Part shown: piece after piece, positions 37,363 through 48,973 of the stretch
How positions within the stretch are numbered: the stretch's first letter is position 1
Layout of the letters: every line of letters begins with the position of its first letter
Assembly: GCF_030028105.1 (NCBI RefSeq)
Contig: NC_092375.1
Location: 37,299,130-37,363,129, forward strand
Reading direction: 5' to 3'
Length of the DNA: 64,000 nucleotides
DNA from: Mobula birostris
Lineage: Eukaryota
Notes under the pieces: model-generated
What the model saw: the letters and a program-made list of their open reading frames with translations, nothing else
Databases searched by the model: none
What the model was told of the DNA's origin: nothing
Made by a program: the position numbers and the translations under genes

Positions 37363-37639
37363 TCAGGGTTCTATGTGGTGACTTAGATGTACTCTGATAA
37401 TAAATTTTACTTTGAACTTTGAGATGTGAGGATTCCAAGCTAGAGAACGTTTACTGACATTACGGAGGGTTTTTGGTGAAGACGTTCCCACATTCAGTTG
37501 CAGCTTTACTGGAATATCTTGTTAAACCATTCAGAGAATCCTCATATATTTCTTTGTGACATGGAAGTAAACCATTTCAGCCCAATATGAGGTTCACAGA
37601 ACAATCCAATTCGCTCCAAGTTTTGCTACATTCCCATCT

Positions 37640-37800
37640 AAATGATGGGGATAATTTGCAATGGCCAATTAACCTACTAAGCAGCTGAAGAGAGGCAATG
37701 AAAGCTCCCTGCAGAGACCCACACATGACAAATGTGGAAATGACACAGAAGTAGCATTTGAGTTCTGAACTTGTCCCAGCCTGTTGGAGCTATGGTCATT
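37640..37800 (-). mobile_element. Degenerate tRNA-derived V-SINE (HE1-like)
   Basis: gggataatttgcaatggccaattaacctac resembles the V-domain core; downstream decayed B-box complement. Recognised from memory. Confidence 0.45.
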
Positions 37801-37856
37801 ATGTCCTAGGTCGTTGCAGCCCTACTAGTTAAAGTAAGCAACATTGCCTATGGCAA

Positions 37857-37986
37857 ACAAAAGAAAATCTGCAGATGCTGGAAATCCAATTAACACACAA
37901 AATACTGGAGGAACTCAGCAGGCCAGGCAGCATCCATGGAAAAGGGTACAGTTGATGTTTCGGGCCAAGACCCTTCAGCAGGACAG
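37857..37986 (-). mobile_element. Penelope pLTR fragment
   Basis: ctgcagatgctggaaatcc...tttcgggccaagacccttcagcaggac; hammerhead core variant CTGCTGA. Confidence 0.75.
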
Positions 37987-38164
37987 CTCTGGATTCAAAC
38001 AAAGACCAGACTGAGAAGGTACAGCAAATTTCCTTTCTGTAAAGGAACCAGAAGGTCTTTTAGCAAGCCATTGTTTCATTGTCGGTATTAATGATATACA
38101 GTAAGTGTGTTATGTCAAATTAATGTAATTAGCTGACTGGATTTAAATATTCAAGGCACCATTT

Positions 38165-39485
38165 CAAAGTTCAAAGTAAATTTGTTATCAAAGTGCATAT
38201 ATGCCACCATATACAACCCTGAGATTCATTTTCTTGCAGGCATACTTAATAAACCCATACTAGAATAATAACCATAATGGAATCAATGAAAGACCGCACC
38301 AACTGGCCGTTCAACCAGTATGCAAAAGACAACAAATGGTGAAAATACTAAATAAATAATAATAAATAAATAAGCCATACATATCAAGAACACGAGAAGG
38401 TGTGGGGAGGGTGGGAAGGAGAAGGCTGGTAGGTTCCAGGTTAATAACCAGTAAGGGGAAAGATAAAAGGGTGGGGGGGGGGAAGCCTTCCCTTCTCCTT
38501 CCCACCCTCCCCCCACCTTCTTTATAGGGCCTCTGTCCCTTCTCTCTTCAGTCCTGACGAAGGGTTCTGGCCCGAAACGTTGACTGATCATTTCCACAGA
38601 TGCTGCCCGACCTGTTGAGTTCCTCCAGCGTGTTGTGAGTGTTGCTTTGACCCCAGCATCTGCAGAGTATTTTGTGTTTAAAGACATGAGATAAAGGGCT
38701 CTTGAAAGTAAGTCCATAGATTGTGAGCACATTTTCATGGCATCCTCAGTGAAGTTGAATGAAATTATCCTCTTTGGTTCAAGAGCCTGATGGTTGAAGG
38801 GTAATAACTGTTCCTGAACCTGGTGGTGTGAGTCCTGAGGCTTCTGTACACCTTCCTGATAGCAGCAGCAAGAAGTGAGCATGACCTGGTGGTGGGGGCC
38901 CCAGATGATGGTTGCTGCTCGCCTGTGACAACACTCTATGTAGATGTGCTCAATGGTGGGGAGGGCTTTTCCCGTGATGGACTGGGCCATATTTACTACT
39001 TTTTGTAGGATTTTCTGTTCAAGGGCATTGGTGTTTCCATACCAGGCTGTGATGCTGTAAGTCAATATATTCTCCACTACATATCTATAGAAGTTTGTCA
39101 AAGCTTTAGATGTCATGCTGAATCTTTGCAAATTCCCAAGGAAGTAGAGGTGGTGCCAGGCTTTCTTTGTAATTGCACTTTCATGCTGGGACCAGGACGG
39201 GTCCTCTGAAATAATAAGACTGAGGCATTTAAAGTTGCTGACCCTCTCCACTTCTGATCCTCCGAAGAGGACTGATCCACAGGCCTCTGATTTCCTTGTC
39301 CTTAAGTCAATAGTCAGCTCCTTGGTCTTGCTGATATTGAGTGAGAGGTTGTTGTGGCACCATATGCAAATTCGTCACCACTTTGGTTCAGCCTACGACA
39401 GTGCTGTCGTCAACAAACTTAAATATGGCATTGGAACTGTGCTTAGCCACTCAGTCATAAGTGTAAAGTGAGCAGAGCAGGGAGC
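38165..39485 (-). mobile_element. Rex1/Babar fragment with a nested Penelope 3' fragment (+, about 38400-38680)
   Basis: ORF 38283..39251 fuses Rex/Babar (FKCLSLIISEDPSWSQH...KKAWHHLYFL) with read-through of the PLE insert; (TTCAAAG)n tail complement at 38163-38176. Confidence 0.75.
38548..38587 (+). ncRNA. Minimal hammerhead motif on the HHLA2 sense strand (variant)
   Basis: TCAGTC-CTGACGA-A-GGG-TTCTGG-CCC-GAAAC-GTT^-GACTGA: 6-bp stem I, intact cores, one unpaired A before stem II, GUU triplet. Confidence 0.55.
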
Positions 39486-39769
39486 TAAGCATGGAGTGTT
39501 GTGGAGCACCTGTGCGAATGGATTTAGTTTTCGGTTTATTCATGATTTATTCCTCCCTCTCCATAAAATACTTTGGTCCTTCCCATGCAACCGCAGCAAA
39601 AGCAATACCTGATCTTCTACAACCTCCCTTCTGGTCATCCATGGGTTCAAACATTACTTCAAGACGAAACAGTGACTGATTTCTACAGCTTTTCCCTGGT
39701 TAATGAAGATCTACTTACTGACAAATTATTTATTTATCACAACCATTTTTTTGGCCTAATGAAAGTCTA

Positions 39770-40820
39770 ATTGGTCGAGGGATATGATTCTTGCTCAGAG
39801 TGAAGGAGGTTCTAGGTGTGAATCCTGAATGAGCCCAATTTTTAAGTACAAGAGTTGGGGACATCATGCCAAAATGACACAAGCCATGGGTGAGAACACA
39901 CTTGGAGTATTGTGTGCAGTTCTGGTCACCCATCTATAGGGGAGTGTCCATTAAGCTGGAAAGAGCTGAAAAAAGATTCATAAAAAGATGATGATATTTA
40001 GATTGGAGGTCTTGAGTTATAAGGAGAGACTGGAAGATTGTTATTTCTTTCCATGGAGCACAGGAAGCTCAGGGGGTGACTTCACAATTTAATCCTTCAT
40101 TTTTTTTTTACTCCTCTCCATCTGGTAATTTCAGATTTCTTTGTCCTATTTTTACCTCCCCTGAAAACAACATTCACTCTAATTAGTATACAGCTCAACG
40201 AACCAATCATTTTTTTTCAATTATGCATACTATGAATATAAGACCATAAGACGTAGGAGCAGAATTAGGCCATCTGGCCCATCGAGTCTGCTCTGCCATT
40301 CAATCAAGGCTGATCCTTTTTTTTCTCTTCCTCAACCCTAGTTCCCACCCTTCTCCCTGTAACCTTTGATGCCATATCAATCTCTGCCTTAAGTATACCC
40401 AATGACCAGGCTTCCACAGCTGCATGTTGCAACAAATTCCACAAATTCATCACCCTTTGTCTAAAGAAATTTCTCCGCATCTCTGTTTTGAGAGGGCGCC
40501 CCTCTATCCTGAGGCTGTGCCTTCTTGTCCTAGACACTCCCACCATGGGAAAGATCCTTTCCACATCTACTCTGTCTAGGACTTTCAATATTCATAAGGT
40601 TTCAAAAAGATCCCTACTCATCCTTCTGAATTCCAGCGAGTACAGACCCAGAGTCATCAAATGTTCCTCGTAAGATAAAACTGGAATTTCATTCCTGGAA
40701 TCATCCTTGTGAACCTCATCTGGACCCTCTCCAATGCCAGCACATCTTTTCTAAGATGAGGGGCCCCAAACTGTTCACAATACTCAAGGTGAGGCCTCAC
40801 CAGTGCCTTATAAAGCCTTA
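39770..40820. mobile_element. CR1 fragments (+ 39770-40080 old; - 40240-40820)
   Basis: HLEYCVQFWSP remnant on +; DRVDVERIFPMVG...FFRQRVMNLWN on -. Confidence 0.75.
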
Positions 40821-40864
40821 TATTTAGAATACTATACTAATATTATAGTATAGTATTAGTATAT

Positions 40865-41500
40865 AAACTGCCAAGATTAATTCCTTAATCCTCATTACTT
40901 TATCCAAATGTTCCACTTCTAGTCTGTTTCTGGATTTACCTTTGATTGAATTCATAAGACAGAAGCCACCTTCGCAGTCAGCACTGGAAGACTGAAATGT
41001 TCCAACAATGTCAGCAAGAATTGTCAGTTCTTCTAATTTTTTGTTTTTAAGCATGTATTTTAACATATCAGTGAATGTCTTAATTGAATCAGTCTTAGCT
41101 TTCTCAGAAACGACAAATTTGAAATCACAGTATTGCTGCAATATTTTTGAGGCAATGCTTTTGTTATAGTTCGTAATAGTGGTTGAGTTTTTTTTTTGTC
41201 AATCATACAACATTCTCTTTTCCAAATTCAAAATTGGTTGTGTTTGCAATTACAGCAGGGTCAAATGCACACATTGAATGAATGGAATTAAAGGTGCAGT
41301 GTTGACGGTCGAACTTATAGGTGTAAGCATATCTTGCACTGTCATTCCAATAAACGGTATTGCCAAAATACTGTGACCATTGCTTGTTAATTTTTTGCTT
41401 TTGCATACTGCAGCACTTGAATTGCATTCAACAGCTTTTCTAAAGGAATTTACAAAGTGATGCCAGATCTTCTAAACATTTTTAAGGATAGTTAATGCCG
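40865..41500 (-). mobile_element. hAT transposase fragment (C-terminal dimerization region)
   Basis: ORF 40824..41141 ...ILADIVGTFQSSSADCEGGFCLMNSIKGKSRNRLEVEHLDKVMRIK fits the hAT motif SSAxCERxFSxMNxIKTxxRNRL. Confidence 0.75.
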
Positions 41501-42349
41501 TCCATTATTGTTCATTGGTCAAAATCACAATTATATTAACATTATGTAACATAACATTCCAGCTACATGGCAACAAAGGCTATTTGCATGGGAACACTTC
41601 AGTTACGGCATGGCCATGCACCCGCACAGCAGAGAGGGAAAAGTGCATAGAAATTCATTTTGTCCTGCACTGGCCTTTCCCTCCCTTTTTCAGCTGACAG
41701 TACACCATCACTATAATCTTTGCCACAATTTGCTTATAGTAGTTGAATCATTGTCCTTACAGTCTACTGTAAATTACTTGTACATCTTTTTATAGTCTAG
41801 GAGTGATTTTATTCTGTTGTTAAGGTTGTGTCATGTCATTATTGATGTGATTTGATTAGAATGCAGATGTGTTTATCTCTGAGAAATTACATTTTTTATC
41901 CAATGACTATATAGATCAAATTGCATACTTAATTTACAAAATTTATGTATCTGTTCAAACTTTTTCTGAAATGTGGTTAACAAAGATATCTGCCATTTAT
42001 ATTTACTTTAATATTACTATATTGATTTGTTAGCTATATGACAAAATTTCAAAACATTTCCTATACTCTTTAATTTCTTGGCTCACGCATAAAATCAGCA
42101 AGATGAAAAATTGCAAGACAAATACAATTAGGTTTTTCAATTAGACATACATTTTAAATACTGTTACAGTGAGTGAAAGAGGTCAAACCTCTCAATTAGA
42201 ATGTTTGACAACTTGAAATTCCCCATAAAATAAGTCTCTTCTTTCTATAAAATAGACCATTTTATCATAAGTTTGGTTTAAAAACTGCTGTTATATTGAT
42301 GATAAGTTTGAGTGCATGGATCACTCTCACAGTAGGGCAAATGCCTATT

Positions 42350-43005
42350 AGCCTACCATTAATAGAGGGTGAACAGTTTTAAGTTCCTCAGCATACACAT
42401 CACCGAGGATCTCATGTGGTCTGTACATACTGGCTGTGTGGTGAAAAAGGCACAACAGCGCCTCTTTCACCTCAGGCAGTGAAGAAGTTTGGTATGGGCC
42501 CCTAAATCCTAATGAACTTTCTACAGGGGCACAATTGAGAGCATCCTGACTGGCTGCATCACTGCCTGGTACAGGAACTGTACTTCCCTCAATCGCAGGA
42601 ATCTGCAGGGAGTGGTGCAGACAGCCCAGCGTTTCTACAGATGTCAACTTCCCACTATTCAGGACATTTACGAAAACGGGTATGTAAAAAGAGTCCAAAG
42701 GATCATTGAGGACCCAAATCACCCCAACCACAAACTGCTGCAGCTGCTACCATCTGGGAAACAGTACCGTAGCATAAAAGCCAGGACCAACGGGCTCCAG
42801 GATAGCTTCTTCCACCAGGCCATCAGACTGCTTCATTCATGCTGACGCAACTGTATTCCCATGCTATATTGACTATCCTGTTGTACATAATATTTATTAT
42901 AAATTACTATAAATTGCACATTGCACATTTAGACAAGACATAACGTAAAGATTTTTAGTACTCATGTATATGAAGGATGTAAGTAATAAAGTCAATTCAA
43001 GTCAA
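42350..43005 (+). mobile_element. Rex1/Babar 3' part
   Basis: FKFLSIHITEDL.W, VKKAQQRLFHL, RIIEDPNHPNHKLLQLLPSGKQYRSIKART; AATAAA and (GTCAATTCAA)-like tail. Confidence 0.8.
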
Positions 43006-43648
43006 TTTAAAAAACATATTTAGAAATTGTCTATTTAAGTAGGAACTATTTAGTTTATTTAATTTTTTATTTTATTTTTTGTCTATTTAGTCTGTTGTTG
43101 CATTCTCCAGTTTTTTATAACATATTCCAATTATTCTTTATAAATCATGTATTGAATAACATTTCCATAAAATGCTTTCTGACATTGGCCTTACATTTCC
43201 AAGGATGTTCAAGTAACTGGAAAGCTTGAATTGTAAGAATACAGGTATATTGTATAGGCTGGTTCTTGATTAGCAAGGGTATCAAAGGTTATGAGAAGGT
43301 AGGAGAATAGAGTAAAGAGGGATAAGTCAGCTATGATGGAATGGTCTTCTGGTCTAACGTAATTTGCCAAAGGATGGGAAACTAGAGATTGTCATATAGG
43401 AGTAGGCAGGCATGATGGGCTAACTGGCCTTTTCCTCTACCACATCAATCCAATAATGCCGCTATTAATTTGATTATATAGTTGAGAATTTATTTATGTG
43501 CATGATTATGATATACTGTGCTGTAAGTCTACTGGTATTTCAAAATCATTTATTGAATTATTGCCCAATCACTTTCTTTAGAGTATTTTCATTGACTGAA
43601 ATGGAATAAAAATCAGAATATATGGGAAAAAAAGCAGCTTAATTGTTT

Positions 43649-43861
43649 CAACCAACACACATCAAAGTTGCTGGTGAATGCAGCAGGCCAAGCAGCATCT
43701 CTAGGAAGAGGTACAGTCGACGTTTCCGGCCGAGACCCTTCATCAGGACCGAAACGTCGACCGTACCTCTTCCTAGAGATGCTGCCTGGCCTGCTGCGTT
43801 CACCAGCAACTTTGATGTCTGTTGCTTGAATTTCCAGCATCTGCAGAATTCCTTGTTTGCG
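43649..43861. mobile_element. Second fold-back Penelope-derived mini-element with 13-bp TSD
   Basis: Same subfamily as 37130-37362; TSD agcttaattgttt at 43636-43648 and 43862-43874; arms turn around at caggac|c|gaaacgtcgac (about 43750). Confidence 0.88.
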
Positions 43862-44051
43862 AGCTTAATTGTTTTATCTTTTTCTGAGGGAATACCCAGA
43901 CATTTAAGTAATTTTTGTCTTTTTATTCTAGGTTTCTGAAATTTTGTTATTTTTTAAAATTTAAATCTAACTTCTCTATTCATTGTGGTTATTCAGATTT
44001 GGATATTTTTCTATTAATATTTAATTAAAATGTCATTTGTTCAAATTTCAG

Positions 44052-44167
44052 ATTTAACTCCTCATGAAGAAAGCCAAGGACGCGGTCGGCTTGGAGTACT
44101 AATTTCTGCTGTGTTAATAGCGAGTTTGCTGATTTGTTTTGTGATCAAACTATGTTCTAACAAGTAG
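44052..44167 (+). CDS. HHLA2: HHLA2 stalk/transmembrane exon (DLTPHEESQGRGRLGVLISAVLIASLLICFVIKLCSNK*)
   Basis: Acceptor tcaaatttcag in phase 1; about 20-aa hydrophobic helix; in-frame TAG 44165-44167 overlaps a possible donor AA|GTAGGA. Confidence 0.85.
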
Positions 44168-45737
44168 GATAAATATAGTTATAATGCCACCAAGGCTTGA
44201 AAAAAAATGTTTTAGATTGGACCTATTTATTTATGCTTGAGGTACACTCTTGCACCTATTTTGTCTCCTATATTTGCCTCTGAGCCCCATTCTCAGCAAA
44301 AACAGATCAATTCAACTGGAGTATCTGCCTGATATGACATGGAGAGGTTGCACCACTTAAAAGTTTATCTAAGCCATCTAAACAGGCTGAGAAGGATCTA
44401 ATTTCAAAATAGATGATCGACTTTATATTTGAGACACAAGTATAAAGAACCATGTTCCAGGTATTCTACTATTTTCCTAATAACCCAATAGTTTGTGCTC
44501 AGGCTGATGAATACAGATTTTAACAATATAAAAACATATTTTTGTCACAAAATGATCATTTAGTTAAATATTGGGACTTACTAAGGTATGCTGGATACAA
44601 AGAACTGAAAACAAAATACATTAGATACACTCAGATCAGGAGGAACACACATGAAAACAGAAAATTCTCAAGGACTTAAGAAGTATCAAGACTTGAAACA
44701 GAGAGGCAACAAGCTTTAATCAACAAGGTTTGCACAAAATTAATATATGAATAGTATAAATAAAGCAGATTAATATTATACAGAAATCAATTTTTTTCCA
44801 AAACTGATATATCTTTCATCTTATCACTGTGTAATTTTTTTCCAAAAAATTTTAAAATATTAAACTTGTTTTTTTATGGACAATTTATTGTATATTTTTA
44901 AAGTTGTAAACAATATAGAAATGTTTTGGTCTACTAAAAACATTGATGTCAGTGGTTTGAGTTACTCGGCAGGACAAACTGTAGTTAAATTACAAGTGAG
45001 AGAAATTACATATTTATTATTTTGTTGGCCTAGAGGCAGCATATCTGGGAAAAGATTAATTCCCACAATTACAATTTGATCAATTGGTTGGGTTCAAAAT
45101 CAAAAACTTTGGAAAGAGCCAAGCCAATAATACGACAGAATTGACAAAATAAATGTATTTCACGGTCATTGATTTTATTTCATACAATATTTGTACAAGA
45201 TTTCATTTCATGATCAAAAGACAAGTGCCTAAACTGAGAAGTTGGCTTCAACTTGCCAAAATTCCTTTCAAACATCACGCTGCATTTGTTCTGTTTTTTA
45301 AACTGCTAATCAATGTACAATATTTCAACTGCACAAAAATATTTTACATGGAATTTAGTTTATTGTTGGGCCCATGGGTTACCTGAAACTTGCCTATGAT
45401 AACCAGGTAACAACGATGGTTATTGAATAGTAATGTGCAGTGGCGGGGGAGGGCTTGTATGGTTAAATTATCATATTGAACCGAAAAGTAGTAACTCCTC
45501 TGCACCAGGTGAGGCAGGTTGCAGTGATGTTGCAGAGTGAAGGTAGGCAGGGGTATGCAGATCTGAAGCCCATGGCATTGCAAGAGACAGAGGTGGCCCC
45601 ACACTAACTCTGCCTGAGTATTCCTGAGTGGATCGCGGGACGCAGAGAATTAGTTAGGGTATTGATCATAGTGCATGTCATGGAAACTATCCAAAGGCTT
45701 ATCTGCAAGACAACAGGTAAATTAGACTACCTTTTTG

Positions 45738-45744
<7 letters not shown>

Positions 45745-45780
<36 letters not shown>
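45745..45780. repeat. (AT)18 microsatellite
   Basis: Directly visible. Confidence 0.95.
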
Positions 45781-45784
<4 letters not shown>

Positions 45785-46335
45785 CAATAACTTGGATGTG
45801 AGCATATGTGACAAAATTTCAAAATTTGCAGGTGATACTCAGCTTGGTAGCTGTGGTAAATATTGAGAACACCACTGGACTCTAAAATGAGGAACTGTAT
45901 AGCTAAAAGGCAGATGGAACCTAATAGAGAGAAGTAGGAGCTTCAATAAAATGGGAATAAACAATATAGTTTCAAAGACTATATATGAACAGAGGGACCT
46001 GGGATGTATAAATCTTTGAAAGCTTTAAGACATGTTGAGGGAATTATCATCAAAGTTTACAAATAAATAGTACAAAATCAGAAAGGTTAATTGTTTATTA
46101 ATAAATATGCTTTAAGCCATAACCGGAATATTTTATCCAATTCTAGCCATCATACTTTAGGAAGTCTTAAGGAGGATGTATACGGAAAGAGAGATGACAG
46201 GTTCAGATACAAGATTCAGCTAGAGAAGTTGGTGTTGGTATCTGTGGAGTAAGACTGAGAGGGAATTTGATAAGGATACACAAGAATGAGTTTATGGGAG
46301 AGAACAGACTCATCTACAGGAAGCTAGCATGGACT
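45785..46335 (+). mobile_element. Very old CR1 fragment
   Basis: Decayed tcaaaatttgcaggtgatac (KFAxDT), cagagggacctggga and 3' end gctgaagggcct. Confidence 0.5.
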
Positions 46336-47950
46336 CCATAAGCTGAAGGGCCTCCTGAGCTGCACTGATCTTAAGATACACACAGAATGTGAATCCCTAT
46401 TCAATTTTTGTGACATGATTAAATTAGTCAAATTGCTTCTGGCACCACACCCAGGAGTATGGCACTACACCTTTGTGTGGCATCTCTTAGGTCACACGTA
46501 GGCAGGTCACTTTTGCTCCTGTTGCAGATTGCATCCCACAGAAATGACTTTCCAGTTCCTCACTGTGCCCAGCAACACATTAAGGAGTATCAAAGAATTT
46601 GGGCATGGTCTTATTTGTCAACTATATTCGTTTACATCCTTTTTTCCCTTTTTCTTTCATGTACAGTTGAATGATGCTGTATGATCAGCCCTTTAAATAA
46701 TGGAGTTGAAATTGCTGCAAATAAACCTTCCTTGTACATGCTTCCATCAAAAATGAAGTTTAAAAACCCACTGATGCACTTGATGCATATGCCTTCAATC
46801 TCCCAACTGATCATATAACATCTATCACTCCTCCAAGCACATCTTCCAGTTATGATTGAATAATGTGGTCTCTGGCCAATGTTTTAAGGACTGTCAAGAG
46901 CAGAAATATGTACAATCCATTTGCTATTTAATCTGAATTAGTGTAATTTTATCAAAAACATTGATACATTGTACAAAAAAACCAAAATATGTGTTTATAT
47001 ATTGTATAAACAATATCTATACTCAACTTAAATTTATTAATATTTAAAAAGTTTACTCTGTCAATAGAGACAAAGGAAGAAAAGATGTACAATTAAGTCT
47101 GGTTGTGCATGCTAACTGAAAATGAGAATATGCATAAAGTAAACACCACGGTTTCAGAAGAGTATCAAAACTCCTTTACAAATGTGCATAAGATTTGAAC
47201 AAGTGACAGGAGCGTATAAGGTCAATTGTTTCCAAGTATTTAATATAATAATATTGGTGAGTTTAAATTTGAATTTAGTAGGTTGATTTCTTTATTTTTG
47301 GGTAATGCTTATTTCAAGTTGGTCAGACATCTTTATAAAATATTTGAAAAATTGTATTTCAAATATTTCCATTGTGTAAAGCTCATGAGCAGCACAATTT
47401 ACGATAATCTTACTCAACTTAAATATGCAACAAAATAAAATACATAATTGATTATACAATAATTGTAACTGGTTTGGGTATTGGAAACCAGGACTATACT
47501 GAAAGACTATTATATTTAGTATTAATATAATGGCAGAATTCTACTCTATCATTAGGTATAGAGTTGTTCAAGTTTGAAATAACTATTGCCTAAATTCTAA
47601 GTGACACCCTCTCAATATACATTCTACTAAAAGTTTTGGTCATGCATTGTATTATATTGCAGACCAGGACTGGTAATACAGTTCAATAGAAATCTGGTTT
47701 GAATCACTGCATCAAAATTATAGACAATATTCTTGTATGAAATGGTACCCAAAGCAGTCTAATTTCAAGCAACATCAAAGTAAACAGATTTTAAATACTT
47801 TACATTTAATAGTTATGAATTCTAGTTAAAATGATTTGTAGCTTTAATCCCACAGAATGAATATCTAATTATCCAGCTGCAGAAACTTGAAGCTAACAAT
47901 TGAGACGTTTCCTATTTCTTTCCACATTAAAATGACAAAAATAAGCAAGG

Positions 47951-48121
47951 CTACAAACTGAGATTTACAGTGTTTGATTGTAGTTTACTGCTACTAAGAC
48001 TATGAATCATTGCTATCATCTGAGAATGTTTGCTGAGTTCCTCCTGTTGAGCTTGAACAAGGGCTTCTTTTTGCTGTAATTGTGCCTCAAGCTGGGATTT
48101 CTGGACTTCGAGGGATGACAA
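47951..48121 (-). CDS. CIP2A: CIP2A last coding exon ([12 protein letters not shown]...[27 protein letters not shown])
   Basis: Acceptor tttcttcatag; closely matches the human C-terminus as recalled (ASSLEVQKAQLE...[26 protein letters not shown]); TAG at 47953-47951. Confidence 0.95.
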   Translation of the reverse strand: MSSLEVQKSQLEAQLQQKEALVQAQQEELSKHSQMIAMIHSLSSSKLQSNTVNLSL

Positions 48122-48833
48122 CTATGAAGAAACAGTTCAAATATATACATTAGGCAGAATTAAATCATCAAGAATTTTTATCCAAAGCTTCTACTCATTT
48201 TATTTCAGGCACATTCAGGAATTTGGATATGTTACAAGCCTTCAGTATTTTATTTTGCTTGCTTCAGCTCTTCACCTGCACATCTATTAACATACATTCT
48301 GCTAAGAACTAAGGAAATTATTTGCATTTTAGAACAAATGTGGCACAGTTTTATTAACACAGTTAAAGAGGATTTTTGTGAGAGAATTGAAAATATTGAG
48401 TCAATCTTTACCTAATTCTATTGATGTATACATGGCAACTTTAAATAAATATTTTTCAGAGAAAGAAAAGACTGCGACAGTGCACAGTCTTCAAAACAAC
48501 ATAAAGCAAATTTTCTTCATCTTCTGTTAAATCCCTATCTATATGGTCTGAGCAATTTTTGGACTCTGTTTATGAAGTCACAATTGCTCCAATCAGATCT
48601 TTATTTCAAGCATTAAGATTACCCTAGATATTCTCAATTTAGTCACTGATCTCTCATCTAATCTGAACTGTAGCTTTCATAATCAGTTTACTCTCTGTCT
48701 GAGATGTAGCTATTTAACAGAATATTCTAGAAAGGAAAGCAATGATTTGCACATCACAGTGTTTACAGATGCCAGCTCACATTTCTACAGTATTCTGAGG
48801 GGAACAATATCATTAAATAATAAGAATATTTAC

Positions 48834-48973
48834 TTTAATGCTGAGTTCTTTCCTTGCTAACTCAGTCTTGCTAAGATCCTTTTGGAGTATACCAATAGCT
48901 TCTTCTAAGTCTTCTTTCCCCTTTTCCATTGTTTTTGTTTTCTCATGTTGTGACTGGAACCTTTGTTCTAAAT
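48834..48973 (-). CDS. CIP2A: CIP2A coding exon (140 nt; DLEQRFQ...DLSKTELARKELSIK)
   Basis: AG/GT boundaries, phase 1 to 0; RKELSIK conserved with human. Confidence 0.93.

Noticed and set aside
40830-40862. AT-rich palindrome tatactaata...tattagtata
   Set aside because: Low-complexity filler at a CR1/hAT junction; no sign of function.
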